This document shows positions 21,569-30,389 of a stretch of 64,000 nucleotides of DNA, piece by piece. A program made the translations under genes and the position numbers. The notes under the pieces are model-generated. The model ran no database searches. It was not told the origin of the DNA and worked only from the letters and a program-made list of their open reading frames with translations. The first letter of the stretch is position 1; each line of letters begins with the position of its first letter. This DNA comes from Alphaproteobacteria bacterium. GTDB taxonomy: Bacteria; Pseudomonadota; Alphaproteobacteria; UBA7887. Where the stretch lies: contig CBDCGL010000011.1 of NCBI GenBank assembly GCA_965216755.1, positions 2,432,001 to 2,496,000 of the forward strand, given 5' to 3'.

Positions 21569-23308
21569 TCAGGGCAGCGCGAACACCCAGAGTACGCCAC
21601 CGATCGGCGTCGGCCGCGTGTCGCCGTCCCAACCTCGCTCCGCGGCGAGCGAATTTTCCATGCGCACCGCGTCGACGCCCCAGCCGGCTTGCACGGCAAT
21701 ATACTGCTTGCCGTTGACCGAGTAGGACGAAGGAACCGCGGTAATTCCGGAGTTGGTCTTGAACTGCCAGAGGATCTCGCCGGTCTCGCCGTGGAAGGCC
21801 CGGAAAAGACGATCCCTGGTGCCGCCCGCGAAGACCAGGTTGCCACCGGTGGTGAGCAGTGGGCCCCAGTTGAAGGACTCGAAGTTCTGCGTCCACACCT
21901 CTTCGCCGGTGTTCAGATTCCAGGCCTGGACTTCGCCGATATGGTCCGAACCCTCGACGTAGTACATCTTGATGTCCGGGATCGGCACGCCGAGCCACAG
22001 CTCACCAGGCACCAAGGGCACGTCCTCGCCGATCAACGAACCGCACAGGTTGTCGTTGGCCGGAATATAGAACAGGCCGTTCTTCGGGTTGTACGCTTCC
22101 GGTGGCCAGTCCTTGCCACCCCACAACGATGGGCAGAACTTGATGAGTTCGCCGACCACAGGCTTCTTGGACTCGTCGTAACTCGGCCGCCCTGTTTCCG
22201 GGTCGATGCTTGTGAAGGCGTCTTGGCGCACATATTTATGCGCGTCGACAAAACCGATGTCCGCGCCCGTGCCGCGATCGAGCAGCCACAGATAGCCGTT
22301 GCGCCCCGCATGGGCGAGACCTTTGATCTGCTGGCCGTCGCGTTCAATCGGAACCAGCAACGGGGTGGAAACCTCGTCCCAATCCCACGAGTCGTTCCAG
22401 TGATACTGGTGGTGGCCGACAATCTCGCCGTCCGCAACCCGGATTGCGAGCGCCGAGGTGGTGTAGAGGTTGTCACCCGGGTGCAAGTCGCCGGTCCAGG
22501 GCGCGGCATTGCCGGTGCCCCAGTAGGAGACGCCGGTATCGGGGTCGTAGTTTCCGGTCAGCCAGACCGAGCCGCCGCCCGTCTTCCAAGCATCGTTTTC
22601 CCAAGTTTCATGGCCGGATTCACCCGGACCTGGGATCGTGTGGCGGACCCATTCTATCGCGCCAGTCTCGGCATTTATCGCCGTGATATGGCCGCGGATG
22701 CCGTATTCGCCACCCGACGTGCCGACCATGATTTTGCCTTCCGCAATCAGCGGCGCCATGGTCATGTAGTAGCCTGTCTCCCAATCGTCGGTGGCGGTCT
22801 TCCAGAGTTCCTCTCCGGTCTCCGCGTTGAGAGCGACCACCATGCAATCCGTGGTCGTGATGTAGACGTTGTTGCCGTAAAGCGCGACGCCACGATTGGT
22901 CGGATGGAGCTGGAACAGCTCTTCCGGGATCTCATGCTGGTAGCGCCACAGAAGCTCACCGTTCTCCGCGTCCAGCGCGATCACCTGGTTCTCCGGCGTG
23001 GTGATGAACATGACGCCGTCATTGACCACCGGCGGCGATTGGTGGCCTTCGTTGACATCGGTCGAGAATGCCCAAGCCGGCTTAAGATCTTTAACATTCT
23101 CGGTATTGATTTCTTCCAGAGGGCTGTAGCCCCAGCCGGCGTAATTACCGCGATACATGAGCCAATTCTCGGGCTCAGGGTTGACGAGCCTGTCGTCGGT
23201 AACGGCCGAGTAATCCGCAGCCGCGGCCGCGGCCGCGGCCGCGGGCAGCATCAAAACCCCTGCTACCAGCATGCGACCGATACGCCACACGTATTTTTTA
23301 GCATCCAT
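21569..23308 (-). CDS. Periplasmic PQQ-dependent dehydrogenase, methanol/ethanol family
   Basis: Signal peptide, WLMY.G..Y.SPL..IN..NV, Trp-docking propeller repeats, GGEYGIRG, WGTGN, WDWD, terminal LWVFALP. Confidence 0.93.
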   Translation of the reverse strand: MDAKKYVWRIGRMLVAGVLMLPAAAAAAAAADYSAVTDDRLVNPEPENWLMYRGNYAGWGYSPLEEINTENVKDLKPAWAFSTDVNEGHQSPPVVNDGVMFITTPENQVIALDAENGELLWRYQHEIPEELFQLHPTNRGVALYGNNVYITTTDCMVVALNAETGEELWKTATDDWETGYYMTMAPLIAEGKIMVGTSGGEYGIRGHITAINAETGAIEWVRHTIPGPGESGHETWENDAWKTGGGSVWLTGNYDPDTGVSYWGTGNAAPWTGDLHPGDNLYTTSALAIRVADGEIVGHHQYHWNDSWDWDEVSTPLLVPIERDGQQIKGLAHAGRNGYLWLLDRGTGADIGFVDAHKYVRQDAFTSIDPETGRPSYDESKKPVVGELIKFCPSLWGGKDWPPEAYNPKNGLFYIPANDNLCGSLIGEDVPLVPGELWLGVPIPDIKMYYVEGSDHIGEVQAWNLNTGEEVWTQNFESFNWGPLLTTGGNLVFAGGTRDRLFRAFHGETGEILWQFKTNSGITAVPSSYSVNGKQYIAVQAGWGVDAVRMENSLAAERGWDGDTRPTPIGGVLWVFALP

Positions 23309-23666
23309 ATCTTGCTCCCTCAGTGGGTATGTGTCGCGGACGCAGGCTCCTGGAGCTCGTCTCAATCCGCGACTGGACTTTTTTTCTGGTTCCGCCAAAC
23401 GACCGTCATGTTCACCGGCAACGATCAGAACGCCCTCGTCCACTGTCGACGGGGCTCAGGCACGGCCCGCTTGCTGGTGCGACCTCCCTTTCTCCCGCGA
23501 TCAATAAGTTTTCTCGTCTACATATTTCCTAGACAATTGTCTGCCGTCGGTTGCACACGCATTCATGATGCGATTTTCTTGACTATGCTTAAGTGTAGCC
23601 ACATCTGCCGGATCGTGGCAGATGTGGCTACGCCCTGGCGCCTGTCGGTCGCTAGGGAGGACTCGG

Positions 23667-24890
23667 TTATGTCAATTTCACGCTCTGATTGCTGTCGCGA
23701 ACAACGATTTCTTTGAAACGCGCCAGGCCGGTTCGGCGTTGGAAAACCGTGTTGGCGATGATCCAAACCCGAACAACGCGCGTCGCAGGGCCACCAATAT
23801 GTTGGGCATAGTCGTCGTAGACGTTGCGGCTCTCTGATATCCACTGACCCAGTGAGTCCCGCCCGTTTCGCACCACCATGTGTGTCTCTATTGGTGTCCA
23901 TCGCGGCAACGGGCAACGAAACACATACCCGACGGGCATGTCCACGCTCCACATGTACGTGATATCCTGGCCATCATCGAATTCGACGGCCATCGACAAA
24001 TAGTCGTGCGTGACGATTTTGTTCTCGGACAATGGCGACGGCAGTTCCTGCACATTCCAATGCCAGTCCAGCACGGTATCAGGGGCGAGCGGCATGGAAA
24101 CATCGCGTTCGAGGATACAAACGTTTTTATGAGTATGGCAGCAGATCTCACCGTCCGCGCACGACGAGAATATGCCGCCAGCGCCGAACATGAAGCCTGG
24201 TCGCCAGCCATCGGGCAGAGGTGGTTCAGTTTCTAGCCGCGTGACCTCTTCACGTATGGCGCCGGCAACATCGCCTTGATCCAGCAGACTACGCAACCCT
24301 GATAGAGGATCGCCGTTCCAGACCAACGCGACGGCCTCGATACGACCATCGCCTTGCTGATAGACGTCTTGTGGCATTGCCACGGCTTCCGCTTTCTCGT
24401 CCACCCAATCGGCGATTGCGCGCGCAACCGAAACCGGACCGGAACGGGCCGCAACCATCGTGCCCGTATTGTTCATTGGCGTGTAGATTGGGCTTTCGCC
24501 GCCGGCACGCGCGAACAGCGCAATGCCAGGTTCGACCCACACGTCGAGCTCTCTCGCAACCCACCAGCGCCCGCTGGCCAAAAAGGTCACGTGCTGACCT
24601 TCTTTAACGTCCAGGCCTATGTCTTTCCAGGGCAGGTCGGTTCCGACGATTTCAAAGCTTGCATAACTATGCAGCTCTGAACTGTCGGCGGCCTGGATGA
24701 TCCGCTCAATGCCTTGGGTAAACTCGTCGGGCGCCATCAAGGTGTGCATCTGGGTGGCCGCCGCGGTGCGAATATATGACATGACCGTCGGCCCAGAGAG
24801 GCCGAGGGCCGCGAGGCCTTTTAGTATTTTCCGCCGCGCGGCGGCGTCTTGAGGCAAATCGAAGTCTGGGTTCTTGATTTCTCTACACAT
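23667..24890 (-). CDS. Tat-exported DUF3047-domain protein
   Basis: RRKILKG Tat motif; C-terminal W.W.V.ELP, DITY.WS, RNV..DY, ANTVFQ. Confidence 0.7.
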   Translation of the reverse strand: MCREIKNPDFDLPQDAAARRKILKGLAALGLSGPTVMSYIRTAAATQMHTLMAPDEFTQGIERIIQAADSSELHSYASFEIVGTDLPWKDIGLDVKEGQHVTFLASGRWWVARELDVWVEPGIALFARAGGESPIYTPMNNTGTMVAARSGPVSVARAIADWVDEKAEAVAMPQDVYQQGDGRIEAVALVWNGDPLSGLRSLLDQGDVAGAIREEVTRLETEPPLPDGWRPGFMFGAGGIFSSCADGEICCHTHKNVCILERDVSMPLAPDTVLDWHWNVQELPSPLSENKIVTHDYLSMAVEFDDGQDITYMWSVDMPVGYVFRCPLPRWTPIETHMVVRNGRDSLGQWISESRNVYDDYAQHIGGPATRVVRVWIIANTVFQRRTGLARFKEIVVRDSNQSVKLT

Positions 24891-25080
24891 GCTTCCTCCC
24901 CAACGGCAATCAATACGCCTTGTACCCTTGCTTGTGTCGCATATGGGGGGCGTCGGTTGGTGATCTTCGCGAAAGTATTTTGTAATTTGATTGTGAGGAT
25001 TCATCGTGGGTTGGCGCGCGAGGCGCCCCGTGCCATGCCGCGTGAATCAGTTTGCCGACCTGCCGAAGGAGATCAAGACG

Positions 25081-25785
25081 ATGAATGTTGCAGACAAAAA
25101 GGCGATTGTGTTCGGCGGAACATCTGGCATTGGCTTGGCCGCCGCAAAGCAACTCGCCGCGCTCGGGGCGTCTGTTATCGCGGTCAGCCGGGACCCGGAC
25201 AAAGCCGGCGACGTCCCGGCCGGCATCAGCCTTCGAAAATGTGATGTGCGCGATCGCACCGCCGTCTCGGAGCTGTTTCAGACGTGCGCACCATTTGACA
25301 TATTGGTGAATGCCGCCACGGGTGGTCGGCGCGCCTTGGGGCCGTTTCTGGAAATGGATATGGACGGTTTTCAGAACTCCTTCGACAAGCTGTGGGGCTA
25401 TGCGAACGTGATTCGCTATGGCACCACACACATGAGCCCGGACGGCACGATTGTGCTGGTCAGCGGGGCGCCGGCGCGCAAGGCGAAACCGGGGCAGGTG
25501 TCGTTGTCCTCGGTTGGTGGCGCGGTTGAAGCTTTTGCGCGCGCCGTGGCGCCGGAAATTGCGCCGCGCCGCTTGAATGTTGTATCGCCCGGCTCGATCG
25601 ACACACCGATGATTTCATTGCAAGGCGACGAACGTCGTGCCTTCTATGAAAAAGCGACCGCCAAGCATCTCATCCCGCGACCGGGCACCGCCGAGGAGGT
25701 TGCACAGGGCATCATTTTCGCGATCCAGAACGACTTCATTACGGGTACGACAATCGATGTTGATGGCGGCGCGCTGCTTTCGTGA
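25081..25785 (+). CDS. Short-chain dehydrogenase/reductase (atypical)
   Basis: VFGGTSGIG, NVVSPG.IDTP, VDGG; the catalytic YxxxK is not evident. Confidence 0.9.
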   Translation: MNVADKKAIVFGGTSGIGLAAAKQLAALGASVIAVSRDPDKAGDVPAGISLRKCDVRDRTAVSELFQTCAPFDILVNAATGGRRALGPFLEMDMDGFQNSFDKLWGYANVIRYGTTHMSPDGTIVLVSGAPARKAKPGQVSLSSVGGAVEAFARAVAPEIAPRRLNVVSPGSIDTPMISLQGDERRAFYEKATAKHLIPRPGTAEEVAQGIIFAIQNDFITGTTIDVDGGALLS

Positions 25786-25924
25786 ACGCGCTGACCACCC
25801 GACACGCCGTGATCGTTATTGCGGGGCGCGCATCCGCATTTGACGATGGCCGCCGCGGCAAGTGCCATCTTGTGTACCAAATTCGTGGATATCTGGGCGT
25901 ATCGCGCCGGGTCAGCGCTGTCGC

Positions 25925-27430
25925 CTAGTCGGCGACGCGGATGGTGACTCGCGCGCGCGCCAGATGGGTCGGATCGATGCGTGAAAAGGACGAAACCAAC
26001 TGGGACATCGAGTCGACCGGAAGCGGCGTCAGATCGGCGACCTTGTAGGCTTCGGGCAGCTTTGTTCCGACCTCCTTATAGGAAGCAAGGCAGACAACCT
26101 CTTCCTGCACGCCAGGTCGTTCGAAAACGATATCGAACAGCGCGTCTTGGGACGGAATCTGCAGGGTCTTGCCACCGATGGCGTAAGGGTCGGGCTGGAA
26201 GCTGTTCGGGAAAATGCGCGCAATCTGGCCCCGGTCGTCTCGGTAATAGCAGTAGACGTAGGAATCCTGCGAGGTCGTCACCGCCAAGCGCAAAACCTCT
26301 TCCACTCTGTATTCGGGGGCGGCGCCTTTCTCGGTCACAAGTTCCAATCCAAGCGGCGGCGGCGCGGTCACGTCGACGGTCGCCGGCTCGGCCAGCTTCG
26401 GTCTGTATCCCAGCGCAAGATCTTGGGCGATCAGCGACCGATAGAGCTGAAGATCGATGTCGCCGTTCGCCAGCAAACCGTTTTCCGCCTGATAGCGGGA
26501 CACCGCTCCTTTTGTACTTGTGTCGAGCGTGCCGCTGATCGGACCGTAATAATAGCCTTCGCTTGCCAGCGCGCGCTGCACAAAAACGATGCGGTCTTGC
26601 GAAGACATGGACTCAAACCACGATCTTGCCACCGCAATCATTTCAGGATTGGTCTGTTCGATTTGCAGGCATCGCCAATACGGCACTTCGGTGAGTTTCC
26701 CCATGATCTCGATAGCGCTGAGTTCAATGAGCGTTCGAGTGGCCGCGTGAACACCTTCGCTGTTGTTCATCGAGACATTGAAAAACAGACCGGCCTTGCC
26801 GATCGTCGCGTTGGCATCACCGCCAACGCCGGTGCGGCTCACCGCAATCGAGTTGTTCGCCGCGATACCTGGCAAAATTTGGCGGGTCGCAAGATGCGCC
26901 ATGTTCATGTCGACTGACACAACCGACACGACCAAGTCTTTGGAAACACCCAAGCTGAAGTCGGGGACCGCGACGCCGCCGCCGACTTGTTCGGCAATCA
27001 CACCCGAATCGAGCTGCGTGATAGCGCCGCGGATATAGTAACTCGGCACGCGGAACTCGTCGGTGTAGCCAATCAGAGCCTGTAACTCTGCAACGTCGTC
27101 TTGGGACTGGTCAAAATCGACGAATGTAAACGCCTTGCTCTTCACGGACATGCGCGAAATCGCCGAAATCAGCATGTCCTTGGTGCCGGCGCCCACCTCG
27201 CCGGTCTCGTCCGGAATGCCATCACTGGTCACCACCACGTCGCGCACGCCAAAAGAATGGAACATATCGTCCATACACTGCAGCGCCGGCGTGAAACTGG
27301 TGATATTGCGCATCGGCGTCGTCTTCGGCTGGGCCACGGTATGGGCGGTTTGCGGATTTGACGTCACGCAGGCCGAGAGCGAGAAGACTAGGCTTAAGGC
27401 TGCCAGGTACTGAACGGTGTTTCGTTTCAT
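25925..27430 (-). CDS. Lipoprotein with CsgG/HfaB-like N-terminal domain, peptidoglycan-binding domain and DUF4384-like C-terminal domain
   Basis: Lipobox LSAC; CsgG-like segment (DETG, YYIRGAITQLD, G.G.., VVSVDMN); PG_binding_1-like VQRAL...GYY.GPISG.L...TK.AV..YQ..NGL...G; DUF4384-like YVYCYY.D..G.I.RIFPN. Confidence 0.75.
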   Translation of the reverse strand: MKRNTVQYLAALSLVFSLSACVTSNPQTAHTVAQPKTTPMRNITSFTPALQCMDDMFHSFGVRDVVVTSDGIPDETGEVGAGTKDMLISAISRMSVKSKAFTFVDFDQSQDDVAELQALIGYTDEFRVPSYYIRGAITQLDSGVIAEQVGGGVAVPDFSLGVSKDLVVSVVSVDMNMAHLATRQILPGIAANNSIAVSRTGVGGDANATIGKAGLFFNVSMNNSEGVHAATRTLIELSAIEIMGKLTEVPYWRCLQIEQTNPEMIAVARSWFESMSSQDRIVFVQRALASEGYYYGPISGTLDTSTKGAVSRYQAENGLLANGDIDLQLYRSLIAQDLALGYRPKLAEPATVDVTAPPPLGLELVTEKGAAPEYRVEEVLRLAVTTSQDSYVYCYYRDDRGQIARIFPNSFQPDPYAIGGKTLQIPSQDALFDIVFERPGVQEEVVCLASYKEVGTKLPEAYKVADLTPLPVDSMSQLVSSFSRIDPTHLARARVTIRVAD

Positions 27431-27484
27431 TTCGGCCTCCGTGCGGTCGCGCAGTGCGCTGTCGCTCGCTCGCGTCGTAGCTAG

Positions 27485-27784
27485 CTAGCAGTTCCGATTG
27501 ACGTTGATGATGTCCCTGGCGACGATGATGACCTCTCGTGGTGGCCGCGCGTTGCCACGTAAGTCGCCGACGATCAGGTCACTACACCCGTCATTCGTGA
27601 TACGGCCGAATTTCTTGGGGTCGGCCTTGCGTCGACTCAGGCCTTCCGCGACCACGGAGTTCACCTTGGCTTGCGAGCCGGGGTCAAGATGCGGCCGATG
27701 ATTGATCTCTTTGGCCGACGCGCTGGTGAGCAAACCGATCACCAGGCCGACGCCGGCAAATATCGCGTATGTTCGGGTTTTCAT
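27485..27784 (-). CDS. Small secreted protein with two Cys
   Basis: Signal peptide ending SASA; GCSDLIVG...PREVIIVARDIINVNRNC; GGAG RBS. Confidence 0.75.
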   Translation of the reverse strand: MKTRTYAIFAGVGLVIGLLTSASAKEINHRPHLDPGSQAKVNSVVAEGLSRRKADPKKFGRITNDGCSDLIVGDLRGNARPPREVIIVARDIINVNRNC

Positions 27785-27818
27785 CGCTCTCTCCCTGCGC
27801 TCTGCCATCGCGCGACGG

Positions 27819-28235
27819 TCAGCAGCTATCGCCAAACGCGCCGACAGCGACACAAGACCGAGTGCCGGCGCCGCCGGCCACGTTCAAGACGCTTTCGACG
27901 ATAACCGTTTGCTTGAAGCTCCCGGGGATGGTCACGTCGCCTTGGACAGTGCCGACGTACATTTCGGCCTCGCTGCCAACGCCGTTGGCCAGATTGACGG
28001 CGCGATCGACCGCCGTCGCATTCGTCAGGTTGCCGCCGACACGAATATCCCCGGCAATCGCGCCAATCGACTGAATGGCCGTACTACCGGCGCCGCGCGC
28101 CTGATTGGCGGCCTCGTTGACAATAGCGACATTGACGAGACGCCCGCCGACTTCAATTTCACCCGCCGAAACCGCGCCTGCCGACACTTGGGCCATAACC
28201 GCGGCAACGACTAGGAGCATTATCCTTCGGTTCAT
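27819..28235 (-). CDS. Secreted protein of three imperfect 37-aa Asn/Gly/Val-rich repeats (amyloid-subunit-like)
   Basis: Signal peptide, then EIEVGGRLVN...N.A.G.GS.A..SIG / DIRVGGNLTN...NLANGVGSEA...VG / DVTIPG...NVAGGAGTRS...VG; C-terminal Cys pair. Confidence 0.8.
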   Translation of the reverse strand: MNRRIMLLVVAAVMAQVSAGAVSAGEIEVGGRLVNVAIVNEAANQARGAGSTAIQSIGAIAGDIRVGGNLTNATAVDRAVNLANGVGSEAEMYVGTVQGDVTIPGSFKQTVIVESVLNVAGGAGTRSCVAVGAFGDSC

Positions 28236-28409
28236 CTATTTGGTCCCATTACACAATTTCGCATCGGCTTGGTTGCCTAAGACCCAACCGCGGGCGGCCA
28301 GCATTCAGCCAAATATACAGCAAAATCTCCCACCGTGGCGTTCGGGCAAACAGCCCATGTCCCGTTCGACGCGGGCGCGCCCGAACCACGGACCGCCGCG
28401 GCGATTTGT

Positions 28410-28736
28410 CTATTCGCCAGCAACGCTGATCGTGCCGATATTCTGCGTGGCGGTGCTTTCGAAGCCATGTGCCAAGTTGACGGCATTCTGGCCCACAACG
28501 CCGACATTGACGAGGTCGCCGCCGACGAAAAGGCCGGCGTCGTCGCTGATGCTGATGGTGCCAATGTTTTGTTCGGCGCTGCTGCCGGCACCAAACGCCA
28601 GATTGACCGCATTTTGGCCGACGATACTCAGGTTCACGGCGTTGCCGCCAACCTCGAGGTCCGCGCCGAAGGCAGTGCCCGCGCTGATCAGACCGATGGC
28701 GGCGGCCACCGGCAGACTTACAAATTTGGCAAACAC
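28410..28736 (-). CDS. Secreted protein of two near-identical repeats at 42-aa spacing (amyloid-subunit-like)
   Basis: AAGGAG RBS, GTG start, signal peptide, then LEVGGNAVNLSIVGQNAVNLAFGAGSSAEQNIGTIS / LFVGGDLVNVGVVGQNAVNLAHGFESTATQNIGTIS. Confidence 0.8.
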   Translation of the reverse strand: MFAKFVSLPVAAAIGLISAGTAFGADLEVGGNAVNLSIVGQNAVNLAFGAGSSAEQNIGTISISDDAGLFVGGDLVNVGVVGQNAVNLAHGFESTATQNIGTISVAGE

Positions 28737-28848
28737 GGCTATGTACTCCTTTGAAGTTCTGAGATGTAGCGTTTTTCTCTACACACGAAGGTCGGTCCCA
28801 ATAGGGGTTAAAGTTGCCCAACAAATCAGCGTGAGGGCCCGCTCGCTA

Positions 28849-30294
28849 TCATCTTCCCTCGCCTTTCAGGATGGCGATCGCCGCGTCGATGCCTCCGTCA
28901 ACGCCGTTTTGAAGATCATCCACTGACAGAAATGGCGTCACGACGTCGGGCGGAATGCCGACCGCTTCGAACACTTCGCCGTCTGGCCCGGCATAGATTT
29001 CGTTGGACAGGCTGACCAGCCAACCGTTTGGCAATGACCGATACAGCTCGTCCGAAAAAATGCCATTGGTCGGCTCTCCGACCAAAGTGACCTGCGGCAA
29101 AGACCGCATGGCAAGCGCGAATATCTCCGCGGCGCTTGCCGTTTCCGCGCTGACCAAGACAACAACGGGGCCCTGATAGCGTGGTCCGCGTGCGGGGCTA
29201 AGAACAAGATCGTGCCGTGTGGTCTCGCCTCCCTTGTCGTGCGGACGCTTCGACCCAAAGACGCGTGTCCGGTCGGCAAACCGACTGGCAATGGCAAGCG
29301 CCACGGCATCGTGGCCGCCGCCGTTGAGGCGCACGTCGACAATCATGCCTGGCAAGTGTCCAACATCGGCCAACATTTCGTTCAGCACGGGTTCAAGAGC
29401 CGCCAGGTCATCGGCTGAAGTGTGTGCCCAATAGTCGAGGTCAGACATGCTGTCGACACGGAAATAGGCCGTCGATCCTTCGATCGCGCCCCACATAACT
29501 TGCGCGTCGAGCGCATGTTCGAGCCGACCGTTCAGATAGTCGTTTTTCAGCACTTTCTGATACAGCGCATATTGTTTTTTGAGATACGCGTCCGGGTTAC
29601 AGTCTCCTTCCAAGCGGTCGCGACAAGCTGCGACAAGCCTGCTGGAAAGCGGCGATGCAACCGACACAACATCCTGGTCATCGATGTACAAAGCCACGTG
29701 CGCGTCGCCGAGCCGTTCCAACATTTCGTCAAGCACATGGCCAAGTTCTCGTCTTGTCGAGCCTTCGCCGACGCGAGGGCGGAACTCGGCGTAGATCGCC
29801 TGCCAATCAACATTACGTTCGGGAAAAAACGCGTAGTGTTGATCGAACGTCTGCCACAGAACCTCAAAATTCAGTACCGGATCGTCTGTAGGCCGCGTCA
29901 AGCCTGTCGGGCACACGCGGTCGAAACCGCCATCGTCCGCCGACACAAATGTAATCGGCGCCAAAGTGCCATCGTTGCGAACTTCGAATATTCGCGTTTC
30001 CCCATTCTGGCGTAACGCAAGGTCAGCAGGAAGTCCGTCAGAGTCGTATTCGCCACTCAGCAGACAACTCACCGGTGTCCGTTCTATCAATCTGGCTTTA
30101 TCCGGCGTAATTTCCGCAACCAAGCCGTAGCCTTGGGATTGCCACAGGCCGATCAGTTCGTCCGCTATCGGTTCGCTTGCGTCGCAACCACTTGCGATGG
30201 CCGATGAGGACATCACGAACCATATCGCTTTGAGACCATGCAACCGGCATGCTCGCCGTGTGGATTGACCGCCTTGTTCGCCCCGTATGGTCAT
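28849..30294 (-). CDS. S41 family peptidase (probable lipoprotein)
   Basis: IASGC lipobox-like; NF..LW..F..HY, LGDAHV, IVDVRLNGGG, TASAAEIF, GEPTNG, G.PPD. Confidence 0.9.
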   Translation of the reverse strand: MTIRGEQGGQSTRRACRLHGLKAIWFVMSSSAIASGCDASEPIADELIGLWQSQGYGLVAEITPDKARLIERTPVSCLLSGEYDSDGLPADLALRQNGETRIFEVRNDGTLAPITFVSADDGGFDRVCPTGLTRPTDDPVLNFEVLWQTFDQHYAFFPERNVDWQAIYAEFRPRVGEGSTRRELGHVLDEMLERLGDAHVALYIDDQDVVSVASPLSSRLVAACRDRLEGDCNPDAYLKKQYALYQKVLKNDYLNGRLEHALDAQVMWGAIEGSTAYFRVDSMSDLDYWAHTSADDLAALEPVLNEMLADVGHLPGMIVDVRLNGGGHDAVALAIASRFADRTRVFGSKRPHDKGGETTRHDLVLSPARGPRYQGPVVVLVSAETASAAEIFALAMRSLPQVTLVGEPTNGIFSDELYRSLPNGWLVSLSNEIYAGPDGEVFEAVGIPPDVVTPFLSVDDLQNGVDGGIDAAIAILKGEGR

Positions 30295-30389
30295 GGATAC
30301 TCCCACGAATTTGCTGAACCTCATCTGGTGGGCTACACGCACCCCAGCGACGCCCATGGCGCCGCAAAGGATACGCAAGGAACGGATTG

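Noticed and set aside
21527-23716. 729-aa plus-strand ORF
   Set aside because: It is the antisense shadow of the PQQ dehydrogenase in GC-rich DNA and has no recognisable motifs.
27819-28736. Canonical curli csgA/csgB
   Set aside because: Repeat length (37-42 aa) and motif differ from the roughly 22-aa curlin repeat, and no csgE or csgF is recognisable. Kept as a distinct candidate system instead.
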